In this document: piece by piece, positions 20,625 through 30,740 of the stretch
How the letters are laid out: every line of letters starts with the position of its first letter
How positions within the stretch are numbered: the stretch's first letter is position 1
From: Alphaproteobacteria bacterium
GTDB taxonomy: Bacteria; Pseudomonadota; Alphaproteobacteria; CALKHQ01
DNA: 64,000 nt
Direction: 5' to 3'
NCBI GenBank assembly: GCA_965227515.1
Contig: CBDDFZ010000001.1
Span: forward strand, 1,792,001 to 1,856,000
The notes under the pieces: model-generated
Databases searched by the model: none
What the model was told of the DNA's origin: nothing
Seen by the model: only the letters and a program-made list of their open reading frames with translations
Made by a program: the position numbers and the translations under genes

Positions 20625-21453
20625 CTGGCGGCGTCCTGGGCGGCGTTTGGGGCGGCGAGGAGTCGGGGTCCTCTCCCGACTCCGCGGCCTCGTCCTTGCC
20701 GGCGGTCGAGCGCGTCAGGCGGTCGTAAGTGGCCGCGGCCTGTGGCGTGGGCAGCAGGACCGGCCGGCGATAGCGCTTGCGCTCCGGCTGCGGGATGACG
20801 GCGTAGACGTCCTTCGCCGCTTCCTGCAGCAGCACACCGCTGAACTGCGAGAACCACTTGGTGCCGACCCTCTCCCAGGCCGAGGCGGCGTGCAGGGTCA
20901 GCCGCCAGACGCTTGGCGGCACATAGAGCGCGCGTGCGGTCTGCATCGGCGTGAACATGGTCTCGCGCATCACCCGCGAGAGCTGGGAGAAGGTGTAGGG
21001 GCGGCCGTGGCCGAACGGCGTGCGCTCCAGCCGGGCCCACAGGCTGCGGCGGTTGGGAGCGACCACCAGCAGCCGCCCGCCGTCCGCCAGCACACGCCAG
21101 ATCTCGCGCATCATAGGGCGCAACTGCTCGGTGCACTCCAGCGCGTGCACCATAATCAGACGGTCGATGCTGCGGTCGGGAAACGGCAGCTCGGCCTCGT
21201 CGGCCAGCACGACCCGGCCCGGCCCTTCGGCCGGCCAGTGGACGACGCCCTGACGCGGCGGCATCACCGTGACCACCCGCGCCGCATCGGCCAGGAACGG
21301 GCGCAGGAACGGGTTGGCGTAGCCGATGCCGACGACGTTCATGCCGGTGACGTTCGGCCAGATCGCGCGGACCTGGCGCCGGATCATCCGCCGGGCGACC
21401 TGACCCAGCGGCTCGTTGTAGAAGTCCCTCAGCTCGACGACGTCATTCCACAT
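20605..21453 (-). CDS. Methyltransferase type 11 (YafS-like)
   Basis: DVVELRDFY, GIGYANPF, LPFPDRSID, PNRRSLWAR and TPFGHGRP motifs. Confidence 0.85.
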   Translation of the reverse strand: MWNDVVELRDFYNEPLGQVARRMIRRQVRAIWPNVTGMNVVGIGYANPFLRPFLADAARVVTVMPPRQGVVHWPAEGPGRVVLADEAELPFPDRSIDRLIMVHALECTEQLRPMMREIWRVLADGGRLLVVAPNRRSLWARLERTPFGHGRPYTFSQLSRVMRETMFTPMQTARALYVPPSVWRLTLHAASAWERVGTKWFSQFSGVLLQEAAKDVYAVIPQPERKRYRRPVLLPTPQAAATYDRLTRSTAGKDEAAESGEDPDSSPPQTPPRTPPVSPASA

Positions 21454-21472
21454 CGCGTCAGCCCCTCATGCC

Positions 21473-23125
21473 TTACTGGCTCACCACGCCTTCGATCGCC
21501 TCCAGGTTGAAGGCGGCCGCCATCAGCGCCTTGGTATAGGCCTCCTGCGGCGCGTCGAAGATATTATCGGCGCTGCCCTGTTCGACAACCTTGCCGTCCT
21601 TCATGACGATGACGTGGTCCGACAGCGCGCGCACCACGCGCAGGTCGTGGCTGATGAACAGGTAGGCCAGCTTGTAGCGTTCCTGCAGGTCGCGCAACAG
21701 GTCGACGATCTGCGCCTGCACCGACATGTCGAGCGCGCTGGTCGGCTCGTCGAGCACAACGAATTTCGGCTTCAGCACCATGGCCCGCGCGATCGCGATG
21801 CGCTGGCGCTGGCCGCCCGAGAATTCGTGCGGATAGCGGAACCGGCTCTCCGGGTCCAGATTGACCTCGCGCAGCGCCTCGACGATGCGTTCCTCGCGTT
21901 CGGCGCGGTTGGCGCCGATCTTGTGGACCTTCAGGCCCTCTTCGATGATCTGCGAGATGGACATCCGCGGGCTGAGGCTGCCGAACGGGTCCTGGAACAC
22001 TATCTGCATCTCGCGGCGCAGGTGGCGCAGCTGCTTGGAGTGCAGGTCGTCGATTTCCTGGCCGGTGAACGTGATCGGTCCGTCACTGGAAATCAGCCGC
22101 AGCAGCGCCAGGCCCAGCGTGGTCTTGCCCGACCCGCTCTCGCCGACCACACCGACGGTCTGGCCCTCGTGGATGGTGACCGAGATGCCGTCGACCGCGC
22201 GCACATAGTCCACCGTGCGGCGCACGATGCCGGCCTTGATCGGGAAATAGACCTTGATGTCGCTGGTGGCCATGATGGTGGGCGCACCCTCGATCGGCTT
22301 GACCGGCTTGCCCTTGGGCTCGGCGGCGAGCAGATGGCGGGTGTAGGCATGCTGCGGGTCGCCGAACACGGTGGCGACCGGGCCCTTTTCCACGATCTCG
22401 CCGTTCTGCATCACGCAGACCTCGTCGGCCATGCGGCGCACGATGGTCAGGTCGTGGGTGATGAACAGGATCGCCATGCCGAACTCGGCCTGGATGTCCT
22501 TCATCAGCTTCAGGATCTGCGCCTGGATGGTCACGTCCAGCGCCGTCGTCGGCTCGTCGGCGATCAGCAGGTCGGGGTCGTTGGCCAGCGCCATGGCGAT
22601 CATCACCCGCTGGCGCTGGCCGCCCGACAGTTCGTGGGGCAGCGCGCCCAGCCGCTTCTCCGGCTCCGGCAGGCCGACCAGGTTGAGCAGCTCCAGGGTG
22701 CGCAGGCGCGCCTGCTCCCGGCTCATGCCCTTGTGCAGGATCAGGGTCTCGTTGACCTGCTTCTCGATCGAGTGCAGCGGGTTGAGCGAGGTCATCGGCT
22801 CCTGGAACACCATCGCGATGTCGTCGCCGCGGATCTTGCGCATCTTGCTGTCGGGCGCGCCGACAAGCTCCTGGCCCTTGAAGGTGATGCTGGAGCCCGG
22901 GGTGTGCTGCGCGGTGGGGTAGGGCAGCAGCTGCAGGATGGAGAGGGCGGAGACCGACTTGCCCGAGCCGGATTCGCCCACCAGCGCCATCGTGTGGCCG
23001 CGCTGCAGCGAGAAGCTGACGCCCTTGACCGCTTCCACGATACCGCCGGGCGCGCGGAAATTGACGCCAAGGTCTTTCACGTCCAGCAGCAACTGGTTGT
23101 CCGTTTCGGGTCTTGGATCAGCCAT
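21473..23125 (-). CDS. yejF: Peptide ABC transporter, dual ATP-binding protein
   Basis: Two GESGSGK Walker A and two SGGQRQR signatures; operon context. Confidence 0.93.
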   Translation of the reverse strand: MADPRPETDNQLLLDVKDLGVNFRAPGGIVEAVKGVSFSLQRGHTMALVGESGSGKSVSALSILQLLPYPTAQHTPGSSITFKGQELVGAPDSKMRKIRGDDIAMVFQEPMTSLNPLHSIEKQVNETLILHKGMSREQARLRTLELLNLVGLPEPEKRLGALPHELSGGQRQRVMIAMALANDPDLLIADEPTTALDVTIQAQILKLMKDIQAEFGMAILFITHDLTIVRRMADEVCVMQNGEIVEKGPVATVFGDPQHAYTRHLLAAEPKGKPVKPIEGAPTIMATSDIKVYFPIKAGIVRRTVDYVRAVDGISVTIHEGQTVGVVGESGSGKTTLGLALLRLISSDGPITFTGQEIDDLHSKQLRHLRREMQIVFQDPFGSLSPRMSISQIIEEGLKVHKIGANRAEREERIVEALREVNLDPESRFRYPHEFSGGQRQRIAIARAMVLKPKFVVLDEPTSALDMSVQAQIVDLLRDLQERYKLAYLFISHDLRVVRALSDHVIVMKDGKVVEQGSADNIFDAPQEAYTKALMAAAFNLEAIEGVVSQ

Positions 23126-23128
23126 CGG

Positions 23129-24265
23129 TCACCGGATTGTCTTTCGCGGGTCGAAGGCGTCGCGCACCGCCTCGCCAATGAACACCAGCAGCGCCAGCAT
23201 CAGCGCCAGTACGAAGAATGCCGTGATGCCGAGCCATGGCGCCTGCAGGTTCGCCTTGCCCTGCGCCAGCAGGTCGCCCAGCGACGGCGAGCCGGGCGGC
23301 AGGCCGAAGCCCAGATAGTCCAGGGCGGTCAGCGAGGTGATGGCGCCGGACAGGGTGAACGGCAGCATGGTCAGCGTCGCCACCATCGCGTTCGGCAGCA
23401 CATGGCGGCGCATGATGGTGAAGTGGCCGACGCCGAGCGCGCGCGCGGCGCGCACATAGTCGAAGTTGCGGCCGCGCAGGAACTCGGCCCGCACCAGCCC
23501 CTGCAGCCCCATCCAACTGAACAGCAGCAGCAGGACCAGCACGGTCCAAAAGCCCTGCTCGATGCGCGGATCGCCGGCCAGGATGATCAGCAGGAACAGC
23601 ACCGGCATGCCGGCCCATATCTCGACGAAACGCTGGAACGACAGGTCGAGCAGGCCGCCGAAATAGCCCTGGATGGCGCCGAAGAAGATGCCGACGATCA
23701 TGCTGCCGAAGGTGAGCAGCAGCCCGAACAGGACCGAGATGCGGAAGCCGTAGATCGTGCCCGCGATGACGTCGCGGGCCCCGTCGTCGGTGCCCAGCCA
23801 GTGGATACCGTCCGGCGGCGACGGCGCGGGATGGGTGAGTGTCTTGTCGAAGGTGTCGTAGCTGAACGGGATCAACGGCCAGAGGATCCAGCCGTTTTCC
23901 TCGATCAGTTCCTGCACTTCGGGTTCGCTGTACTCCGCCTCGGTCTCGAAGAAACCGCCATACTCGGTCTCCGGCACGACTTCCAGGATCGGGAAGTACA
24001 GGGTGCCGTCGTAGGAGACGACCAGCGGCCTGTCGTTGGCGACGAACTCGGCGAACAGGCAGATCACGAACAGGACCATGAAGATCCAGAACGACCAATA
24101 GCCGCGGCGGTTGGCGCGGAAATTGGCCAGGCGCCGCGCGGTGAGAGGCGTGATCGGCCGGCCGAACCACGTCGGCGCCTTGGCCGCCGGCACCGCCGCC
24201 TCCGGCATCGTCCTCTCCGACGCCGGCCGCTGCAACGTGGTCAGGCTGTCGCTGCCGTCGGTCAC
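23129..24265 (-). CDS. yejE: Peptide ABC transporter permease
   Basis: NRRGYWSF, AEFVANDRP and RAEFLRGRNFDYVRAA motifs. Confidence 0.93.
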   Translation of the reverse strand: MTDGSDSLTTLQRPASERTMPEAAVPAAKAPTWFGRPITPLTARRLANFRANRRGYWSFWIFMVLFVICLFAEFVANDRPLVVSYDGTLYFPILEVVPETEYGGFFETEAEYSEPEVQELIEENGWILWPLIPFSYDTFDKTLTHPAPSPPDGIHWLGTDDGARDVIAGTIYGFRISVLFGLLLTFGSMIVGIFFGAIQGYFGGLLDLSFQRFVEIWAGMPVLFLLIILAGDPRIEQGFWTVLVLLLLFSWMGLQGLVRAEFLRGRNFDYVRAARALGVGHFTIMRRHVLPNAMVATLTMLPFTLSGAITSLTALDYLGFGLPPGSPSLGDLLAQGKANLQAPWLGITAFFVLALMLALLVFIGEAVRDAFDPRKTIR

Positions 24266-24266
24266 G

Positions 24267-25367
24267 TCAGACCTCCCGGCTGGAGAAGTCGATCCGGGGA
24301 TCGACGAGGTGGTAGCAGATGTCCGACACCAGATGGATCAGCAGGCCAAGCAGCGTGAAAACGTAAAGGGTGGCGAAGACGATGGGATAGTCGCGCTTCA
24401 CCACCGCCTCGAAGCCGAGCAGGCCCAGCCCGTCCAGCGAGAACACGATCTCGATCAACAGCGATCCAGCGAAGATGATGCCGATGATGGCGGCCGGAAA
24501 TCCCGCGATGATTAGGATCATGGCGTTTCGGAACACGTGGCCGTAGAGCACGCGCTTGGATGTCAGGCCCTTGGAGCGCGCGGTCAGCACGTATTGTTTG
24601 CCGATCTCTTCCAGGAACGAGTTCTTGGTCAGCATGGTCAGCCCGGCAAAGCTGGAGATGACCAGGGCCGTGATCGGCAGCACCATGTGCCACAGATAGT
24701 CGATGATCTGCCCGAATAGACTGAGTTCGTTCCAATCGTCGCTGACCAGCCCGCGTAACGGGAACCAGTCGAAGTAGCGTCCGCCAGCGAACACCACGAT
24801 CAGCAGGATGGCGAACAGGAAGCTCGGGATCGCATAGAGGGCGATGATGACGCCGCTGGTCCAGACGTCGAAGCGGGTGCCGTCGCGCACCGCCTTGCGG
24901 ATGCCGAGCGGGATGCAGACCAGATAGGTGATGATCGTGGTCCACAGGCCGAGCGAGATCGAGACCGGCAGGCGCTCGACCACCAGATCGATGACGCTGC
25001 GGCCGCGGAAATAGCTCTCGCCGAAGTCGAAGGTGATGTAGTTGCCCATCATCAGCACGAAGCGCTCGTGCAGCGGCTTGTCGAAGCCGAACTGGCGCTC
25101 CAACTGGGCGATGAATTCCGGTGGCAGGCCTTGCGCGCCGGACTGCTCGTTGTCGACCGTCTGGCTCGCATCCCCGGTGTTGCCGGTCTCGGACCCGGTG
25201 TTGCCGCTGATACCGGCGGTGGCGTCCACGCCCAGGCCCTGCAGGTCGGCGATGATCTGCGCCACCGGCCCGCCCGGGGCGGTCTGGATGATCAGGAAAT
25301 TCAGGATCATGATCCCGAGCAGAGTCGGGATGATCAGCAGCAGACGCCGGATGATATAGCTGAGCAC
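24267..25367 (-). CDS. yejB: Peptide ABC transporter permease
   Basis: [24 protein letters not shown] and TKNSFLEE motifs. Confidence 0.93.
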   Translation of the reverse strand: MLSYIIRRLLLIIPTLLGIMILNFLIIQTAPGGPVAQIIADLQGLGVDATAGISGNTGSETGNTGDASQTVDNEQSGAQGLPPEFIAQLERQFGFDKPLHERFVLMMGNYITFDFGESYFRGRSVIDLVVERLPVSISLGLWTTIITYLVCIPLGIRKAVRDGTRFDVWTSGVIIALYAIPSFLFAILLIVVFAGGRYFDWFPLRGLVSDDWNELSLFGQIIDYLWHMVLPITALVISSFAGLTMLTKNSFLEEIGKQYVLTARSKGLTSKRVLYGHVFRNAMILIIAGFPAAIIGIIFAGSLLIEIVFSLDGLGLLGFEAVVKRDYPIVFATLYVFTLLGLLIHLVSDICYHLVDPRIDFSSREV

Positions 25368-25391
25368 GGATCGCGACCCGCGGCGTGTCGG

Positions 25392-27248
25392 TTACTGGCG
25401 CGCGGCTGCCCGGCGATCCGCCAGCGTCGCCGCCTTCTCCGCGTCATACCACCAGGCCGTGAACGGCACGCCGCGCGACGGCGCCTCGTCGGGGCGCGGA
25501 TGGTCGTATTGGTCCCAATAGGCAACCCAGGTCGTCGGGTTGTTCCATTCCGGCACCGCGAACATCTCCCAGATGACGGCGCGATCCAGCGCGCGGGTGC
25601 GGATCACCAGATCCTCACGGGTCGGCGCCTGGATCACCAGGTCGATCAGCGCGTCGATGGCCGGGTTGGCCAGTCCCATGACGTTGCGGCTGCCCGGCGT
25701 GTCGGCGGCCCCCGAGCCCCAATAGTCGCGCTGCTCGTTGCCCGGCGACAGCGATTGCGCGATTCCGAAATTCACCGCGTCGAAATCGAAGTTGTTTAGC
25801 CGCTCGACATACTGGGACGTCTCGACGGTGCGCACCTCGGCCGCGACGCCGATACGTTGCAGGTTGGTCGCATAGGGCAGCATGATCCGCTCGAAACTCG
25901 GCGAGACCAGCAGGATCTCCATCTCAAGCCGGGTGCCGGTGTCCTGATGGACGCGCACGCCGTCCTCCATCACGTAGCCAGCTTCCTCCAGCAACTCCAC
26001 GGCGCGGCGCAGGTTGGCGCGCAGGCCGGTTTCGGCCGTCGACGGCGCCTCGTAGTCCAGCTCGAACACCTCCGGCTGCAACTGGTCGCGGAAGGGTTCC
26101 AGCACCGCCAGCTCTTCCGGGCTCGGCGGGCCGCTGGCCTCAAGTTCCGAGGCCTCGAACAAGCTGTCGGTGCGTTGGTAGAGGCTGTAGAACAGGTTCT
26201 CGTTGGTCCATTCGAAATCGAACGCCAGGATCAGTGCCTCGCGCACCCGGCGGTCGGCGAACTGCGGCCGGCGCAGGTTGAAGAACAGGCCCTGGAACGG
26301 CTCGGCCAGTTCGTTCTCCAGTTCCTCCTTCACGATCACGCCGGCTTCGACCTCAGGGATGTCGTAGCCGGTGGCCCAGTTCTTCGAGGTGTTCTCGGTG
26401 CGGTAGTCGATGTCGCCGCTCTTGAACGCCTCGAACGCCACGTCGGCATCGAGGTAATAGTCGAACACGATGCGGTCGATATTGTGCATGCCGCGCATCA
26501 CAGGCAGGTCGGCGGCCCAATAGTCCGGGTTGCGCTCGAACACGATGCGCCGGCCCGGATCGACTTCGGCGATGATGTAGGCGCCGCTTGAGATGTAGGG
26601 GTCCAGCGACACCCGGGTGATCTCGCGCTCGGCCCACTCGTCCTTCGACATGATGCGGAGCTGGCCCAGGATCAGGGGGAGCTCCAGATTCTCGTTGGTC
26701 GAGAAGTCGAAGCGCACCGTGTGCTCGCCCACCTGGCTCACGCTTTCCACGTCGGCATAATAGAACTGGTCGCGCGGGAAGTGGGTTGTCCAGGCCTCGA
26801 ACGACCAGATCACGTCGTCCACCGTGATCGGCGTGCCGTCGGCGAATTTGGCGTCGGGGTTCAGGTCGAACTCGACCCAGCCGCGGTCCGCGGGCACCCG
26901 CACGGTCTCGCAGATCAGGCAGTACTCCGTGAACGGCTCGTCGCTGCTGGAAACCATCAGCGTGTCCATCGTGTAGATGACCAGCGGGTTGAACGGCACG
27001 GTGCCCTGGATGATGAACGGGTTCAGGCTGTCGAACCCGCCGACGCCGCCCAGGCGCATGGTGCCGCCCTTGGGTGCATCCGGGTTGACGTAGTCCCAAT
27101 GCTCGAAGTCGGGCCCGTACTTCACATCCCCGTGCATCGCGAAGGCATGGCCCTCATACACCTCCTCGTCCTGGGCGAAGGCGGTGCCGGCGGCGGCGAT
27201 GGCGGTCAGCGCGCCGGCGGCAACGATGCGTCGGGTCATGGTTGGCAT
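25392..27248 (-). CDS. yejA: Peptide ABC transporter substrate-binding protein
   Basis: HAFAMHGDVKY, YVNPDAPKGG and SPGNEQRDYWGS motifs; signal peptide; start 27248 or 27239. Confidence 0.92.
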   Translation of the reverse strand: MPTMTRRIVAAGALTAIAAAGTAFAQDEEVYEGHAFAMHGDVKYGPDFEHWDYVNPDAPKGGTMRLGGVGGFDSLNPFIIQGTVPFNPLVIYTMDTLMVSSSDEPFTEYCLICETVRVPADRGWVEFDLNPDAKFADGTPITVDDVIWSFEAWTTHFPRDQFYYADVESVSQVGEHTVRFDFSTNENLELPLILGQLRIMSKDEWAEREITRVSLDPYISSGAYIIAEVDPGRRIVFERNPDYWAADLPVMRGMHNIDRIVFDYYLDADVAFEAFKSGDIDYRTENTSKNWATGYDIPEVEAGVIVKEELENELAEPFQGLFFNLRRPQFADRRVREALILAFDFEWTNENLFYSLYQRTDSLFEASELEASGPPSPEELAVLEPFRDQLQPEVFELDYEAPSTAETGLRANLRRAVELLEEAGYVMEDGVRVHQDTGTRLEMEILLVSPSFERIMLPYATNLQRIGVAAEVRTVETSQYVERLNNFDFDAVNFGIAQSLSPGNEQRDYWGSGAADTPGSRNVMGLANPAIDALIDLVIQAPTREDLVIRTRALDRAVIWEMFAVPEWNNPTTWVAYWDQYDHPRPDEAPSRGVPFTAWWYDAEKAATLADRRAAARQ

Positions 27249-27419
27249 GAACTGGTCCCGTGGCTGTGGTGGGGGCGGATGCCGGGCCGGCCGCGGCGGT
27301 GCGGCGCTGGTTGCGCCGTCATGGGGCTCCGGGTCTTGCTGCGGCGTTCGGACTGCGGCATGGCACACATAATGATCACGACCGACACTCAACGGTGCGG
27401 TTGTGACCATTTTGCGGCA

Positions 27420-27589
27420 CTAGTGGTTCGATTCCAACATTTGCTTCGTGTCGCGGCATCGTCCATTGCAAATGTTGGAATCTCCGGAACCACTAGCAAG
27501 AGACATCTCTCTAGTGGAATTTTCGAATTTGACATTTGAACCGTCGTACGACCCCCGGCCAACGTCAAATGTCAAATTCATTCCACTAG
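27420..27589. repeat. Two tandem CTAG-flanked palindromic elements (27420-27496 and 27511-27589)
   Basis: CTAGTGGTTC-GATTCCAACATTTGC...GCAAATGTTGGAATC-GAACCACTAG and CTAGTGGAAT-GAATTTGACATTTGA...TCAAATGTCAAATTC-ATTCCACTAG. Confidence 0.85.
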
Positions 27590-27641
27590 CAGTGCGCTTG
27601 CAAACGAGATGATGATGGGAAAGCCGCCGATTGGGTCCGGA

Positions 27642-28421
27642 TCAGCCGTTCAGTATCTTCAACACCGGGTCGACCAGCCGCCGGTCGCCCGCCGCAAGGA
27701 TGGTGCCGTCCGAGCCTTTGTCGAGCGGCTTGCCCTGCCAGTCGACCACGGCCCCGCCGGCGCCCTCGATCACCGGCGGCAGGGCGGCATGGTCGTGCAG
27801 CTTCAGCCCGGCCTCGATGCTGAGGTCGATATAGCCGCTGGCCACCAGCCCGAATCCATAGCAGTCGCCGCCCCAATGGCTGAACTTGCCCTGGCTGGCG
27901 ACGGCCCGGAACTGGCCGAATTGCGTGTCGTCGAACAGGTCGGCGGCGGTGGTGTTGATGCGCGCTTCGGAGAGCTCGTCGCACGCGCGCGTGCGCACCG
28001 GCTTGCCGTTGCACAACGTCGGCCGCCCATGGGCGCCGATCCAGCGGTGCTGCAGGATCGGCTGGTCGATGACCCCGAGCACCGAGCGGCCGTTATGCAT
28101 TAGCGCGACCAGGGTGCCGAAGGTCAGCTTGTGGACGATGAAGGCCTTGGTGCCGTCGATGGGGTCCAGCACCCACACCCATTCGGCATCCTCTTTCTCG
28201 CGGCCGTATTCCTCGCCGATGATACCGTGATCGGGATAGCGCTGGTTGATCAGCTTGCGGATCACCGCCTCGGCGGCCTTGTCGGCCTCGGTCACCGGGC
28301 TGGCGTCAGGCTTGTCCTCGATCGCCGCGCCGTCCTCGTAGTACCGGCGCACGATCGGACCGCTGGCGGCGACAAGCTGCTCGGCGAAGGCGACGTATTC
28401 GAACGGGCAGGATGCGGTCAT
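27642..28421 (-). CDS. hisN: Histidinol-phosphatase, inositol monophosphatase family
   Basis: SPVTEAD, GEE, WVLDPIDGTKAF and GGDCY motifs. Confidence 0.85.
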   Translation of the reverse strand: MTASCPFEYVAFAEQLVAASGPIVRRYYEDGAAIEDKPDASPVTEADKAAEAVIRKLINQRYPDHGIIGEEYGREKEDAEWVWVLDPIDGTKAFIVHKLTFGTLVALMHNGRSVLGVIDQPILQHRWIGAHGRPTLCNGKPVRTRACDELSEARINTTAADLFDDTQFGQFRAVASQGKFSHWGGDCYGFGLVASGYIDLSIEAGLKLHDHAALPPVIEGAGGAVVDWQGKPLDKGSDGTILAAGDRRLVDPVLKILNG

Positions 28422-28447
28422 GAGGGCGCGGTCCTCCGACAGACCAG

Positions 28448-29689
28448 CTATTCGCCTTCGGACACGGTCTCCAGCGCCACCGGCTCGTCGGCCAGCGTGT
28501 GCAGATAGGCGATCAGGTCGATCCTGGCCTGCTCATCGGCAATGCCGACAAAGGGCATGCTGTTGCCGGGCGCGAACTGCGCCGGATTCTCCAGATAGCC
28601 GCTCAGCTTCTCCAGCGTCCACGTGCCCCCGATCTCCTGCAGGGCCCCGGAATAGCGGAAGCCCTCCACGCCGGCCACATCGCGGCCGACCACGTTCCAC
28701 ATTGGCGGACCCAGGAGGGTCTGCGCGTTGGCATCGCGGGAGTGACAGACACCGCAGGGCTGGAATTGCGCCTCGCCATTCTCGACCGAAGCCTCGGCAA
28801 CAGCGGCGGCCAGCCCGGTCAGTGCCGCAACGTCACCCTCGGTGTCGGCTGCTTCGTCGGTGGCTGCATCTTCCTCGGGCGCGCCTTCGTCGGTCGCATC
28901 TTCCTCAGGAGCCACCTCGTCGGTGGCGTCTTCCTCAGGCGCGGCCTCGTCGGTGGCGTCTTCCTCAGGCGCGGCCTCGTCGGTGGCATCTTCCTCGGGT
29001 GCGCCTTCGTCGGTTACGTCTTCCTCGGGCGCGCCCTCGTCAGTGGCGCCCTCATCACCCTCAACGTCCTCGCCGCCTTCTTCGCCGCCTTCCTCGGGCG
29101 GTGCTGCGGCTTCGGCCTCGGCGGCCAGCACGGCGTCGACCTCTTCCTGGGTCGGCAGCGGCACCGGGTCGCCGCTGAGGGTGCGCAGATACGCAATCAG
29201 GTCGGCGCGGTCTTCCACATCGGCCATGCCGGCATAGCCCATACCGGTGCCCGGAATTTCTTCCTGCGGCGCGTGAAGGAACGCGCTCAGGGCCTCATAC
29301 GTCCAATCGCCGGGGTATTCCTGGATCGGGGCGCTGTAGTTGAAGCCTTCGACCGTCGCGACATCCCGGCCAACGACGTTCCACAGGTTCGGGCCGAGCC
29401 CGTTGGCCCCGCCCTCGTTATTGGTGTGGCAACTCATGCAGACGCCGAACGCGTCCGCGCCGTCCTCGGCCGATGCCTCCAGCATGTAGGGCAGAACCGA
29501 CGGCTCCGCCTCTTCCACGACCTCCTGGACGGGGCCTTCCTCGCCATGCGGCACCGGATACGCCAGCGCTTCGTGGCCACCGTGATCGCCCGGGAACAGC
29601 GCGGCCCCGAAATGCCCGATCGCAACGGTTACCAGCAGGGATGACAGGACCGCACCGGCGATCTTGTTTGTGCTTCCACCACTCGACAT
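28448..29689 (-). CDS. cycM: Membrane-anchored cytochrome c (CycM-like) with two c-heme domains and an acidic repeat linker
   Basis: NKIAGAVL anchor; CMSCH and CGVCH heme motifs, each followed by GPxxW and a Met ligand (GTGM, GNSM); divergent from kdsB as in other alphaproteobacteria. Confidence 0.88.
   Translation of the reverse strand: MSSGGSTNKIAGAVLSSLLVTVAIGHFGAALFPGDHGGHEALAYPVPHGEEGPVQEVVEEAEPSVLPYMLEASAEDGADAFGVCMSCHTNNEGGANGLGPNLWNVVGRDVATVEGFNYSAPIQEYPGDWTYEALSAFLHAPQEEIPGTGMGYAGMADVEDRADLIAYLRTLSGDPVPLPTQEEVDAVLAAEAEAAAPPEEGGEEGGEDVEGDEGATDEGAPEEDVTDEGAPEEDATDEAAPEEDATDEAAPEEDATDEVAPEEDATDEGAPEEDAATDEAADTEGDVAALTGLAAAVAEASVENGEAQFQPCGVCHSRDANAQTLLGPPMWNVVGRDVAGVEGFRYSGALQEIGGTWTLEKLSGYLENPAQFAPGNSMPFVGIADEQARIDLIAYLHTLADEPVALETVSEGE
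28868..29047. repeat. Intragenic tandem repeat, about 6 x 30 bp, encoding (A/V)TDE(G/A/V)APEED
   Basis: Repeated units such as GTCTTCCTCAGGCGCGGCCTCGTCGGTGGC in the cytochrome linker. Confidence 0.9.
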
Positions 29690-29939
29690 CGATACCCCGT
29701 ACCATAAGCGGCATCGCGCCGATGGCCGGGCGGCCATCGCGCAACCAGAAAAGTCGCATCGCCCGTAGCCAGCGTCGTACGATGCAGCCTTGCGTCCGGG
29801 CGGGCCAGAAAGTACGCCTTGGCCCGGCTTGTCGACACCCCAATGCGCTTATATGACGCATTATCGGCGTGTGCCGGCAAGCCGGTGCGTACTGCAGCCT
29901 GGAGTCCCTTCTGCGACGCAACCGGAATACCCGGCATTC

Positions 29940-30698
29940 ATGCCTGTCAGCAACCGGAACCCGCACGTGCGACCGATCATTCTGATTCCCGCCCGCCTGG
30001 CCGCCCGCCGCCTGCCCGACAAGCCATTGGCCGATATCCACGGCGAACCGATGATCGTGCATGTCTGGCGCCGCGCCATGGAGGCCGATCTGGGCCCCGT
30101 CTTCGTCGCCTGCTGCGACGAGGCAGTACGCGACGCGGTCGAGGCCGCCGGCGCCAACGCGGTGATGACCACGCCCGACCTGCCGTCCGGCACCGACCGC
30201 ATCCACGAGGCGCTGGGCAGCATCGACCCCGATGGCGCCCATGACGTGATCATCAACGTACAGGGCGACCTGCCGACGCTGCCGCCGTCGGACATACGCA
30301 CCGCCGTCGACGGCCTGTCGGCCAACGGCGCCGACATCTCCACCGTCGCCGCCATCATCACCAGCCGGGAGGAAACCGACGCGCCCCACGTGGTGAAGGC
30401 GGTCGTCTCAATGCCGGAGGGCGCGCGCGGCGGCCGGGCGATCTATTTCACGCGCGTGCCGGCGCCGTCGGGCGAGGGGGCGCTGCTGCACCACATCGGG
30501 CTCTACGTGTACACCCGCGCGGCGCTTGACCGGTTCGTGGCGCTGCCGCCGTCGCCGCTGGAGCAGCGTGAGCGCCTGGAACAGCTCCGTGCGCTGGAGA
30601 ACGGCATGACGATCCAGTGCTCGCTGGTTGACAGCGTGCCCCTGGGGGTGGATACGCAAGCCGACCTTGAGGCCGCGCGGCGGATGCTCGCGCCCTGA
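29940..30698 (+). CDS. kdsB: 3-deoxy-manno-octulosonate cytidylyltransferase
   Basis: IPARL..RLPDKPL, SGTDR, NVQGD, HIGLY and ERLEQLRALE motifs; start 29940 or 29967. Confidence 0.95.
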   Translation: MPVSNRNPHVRPIILIPARLAARRLPDKPLADIHGEPMIVHVWRRAMEADLGPVFVACCDEAVRDAVEAAGANAVMTTPDLPSGTDRIHEALGSIDPDGAHDVIINVQGDLPTLPPSDIRTAVDGLSANGADISTVAAIITSREETDAPHVVKAVVSMPEGARGGRAIYFTRVPAPSGEGALLHHIGLYVYTRAALDRFVALPPSPLEQRERLEQLRALENGMTIQCSLVDSVPLGVDTQADLEAARRMLAP

Positions 30699-30740
30699 GG
30701 CGATAGACTTATCCTCCCTTCGCACCATCGGCACCGTACC

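Noticed and set aside
28868-29047. 30-bp repeats as a CRISPR array
   Set aside because: Head-to-tail with no spacers, in frame within a CDS, and no cas genes nearby.
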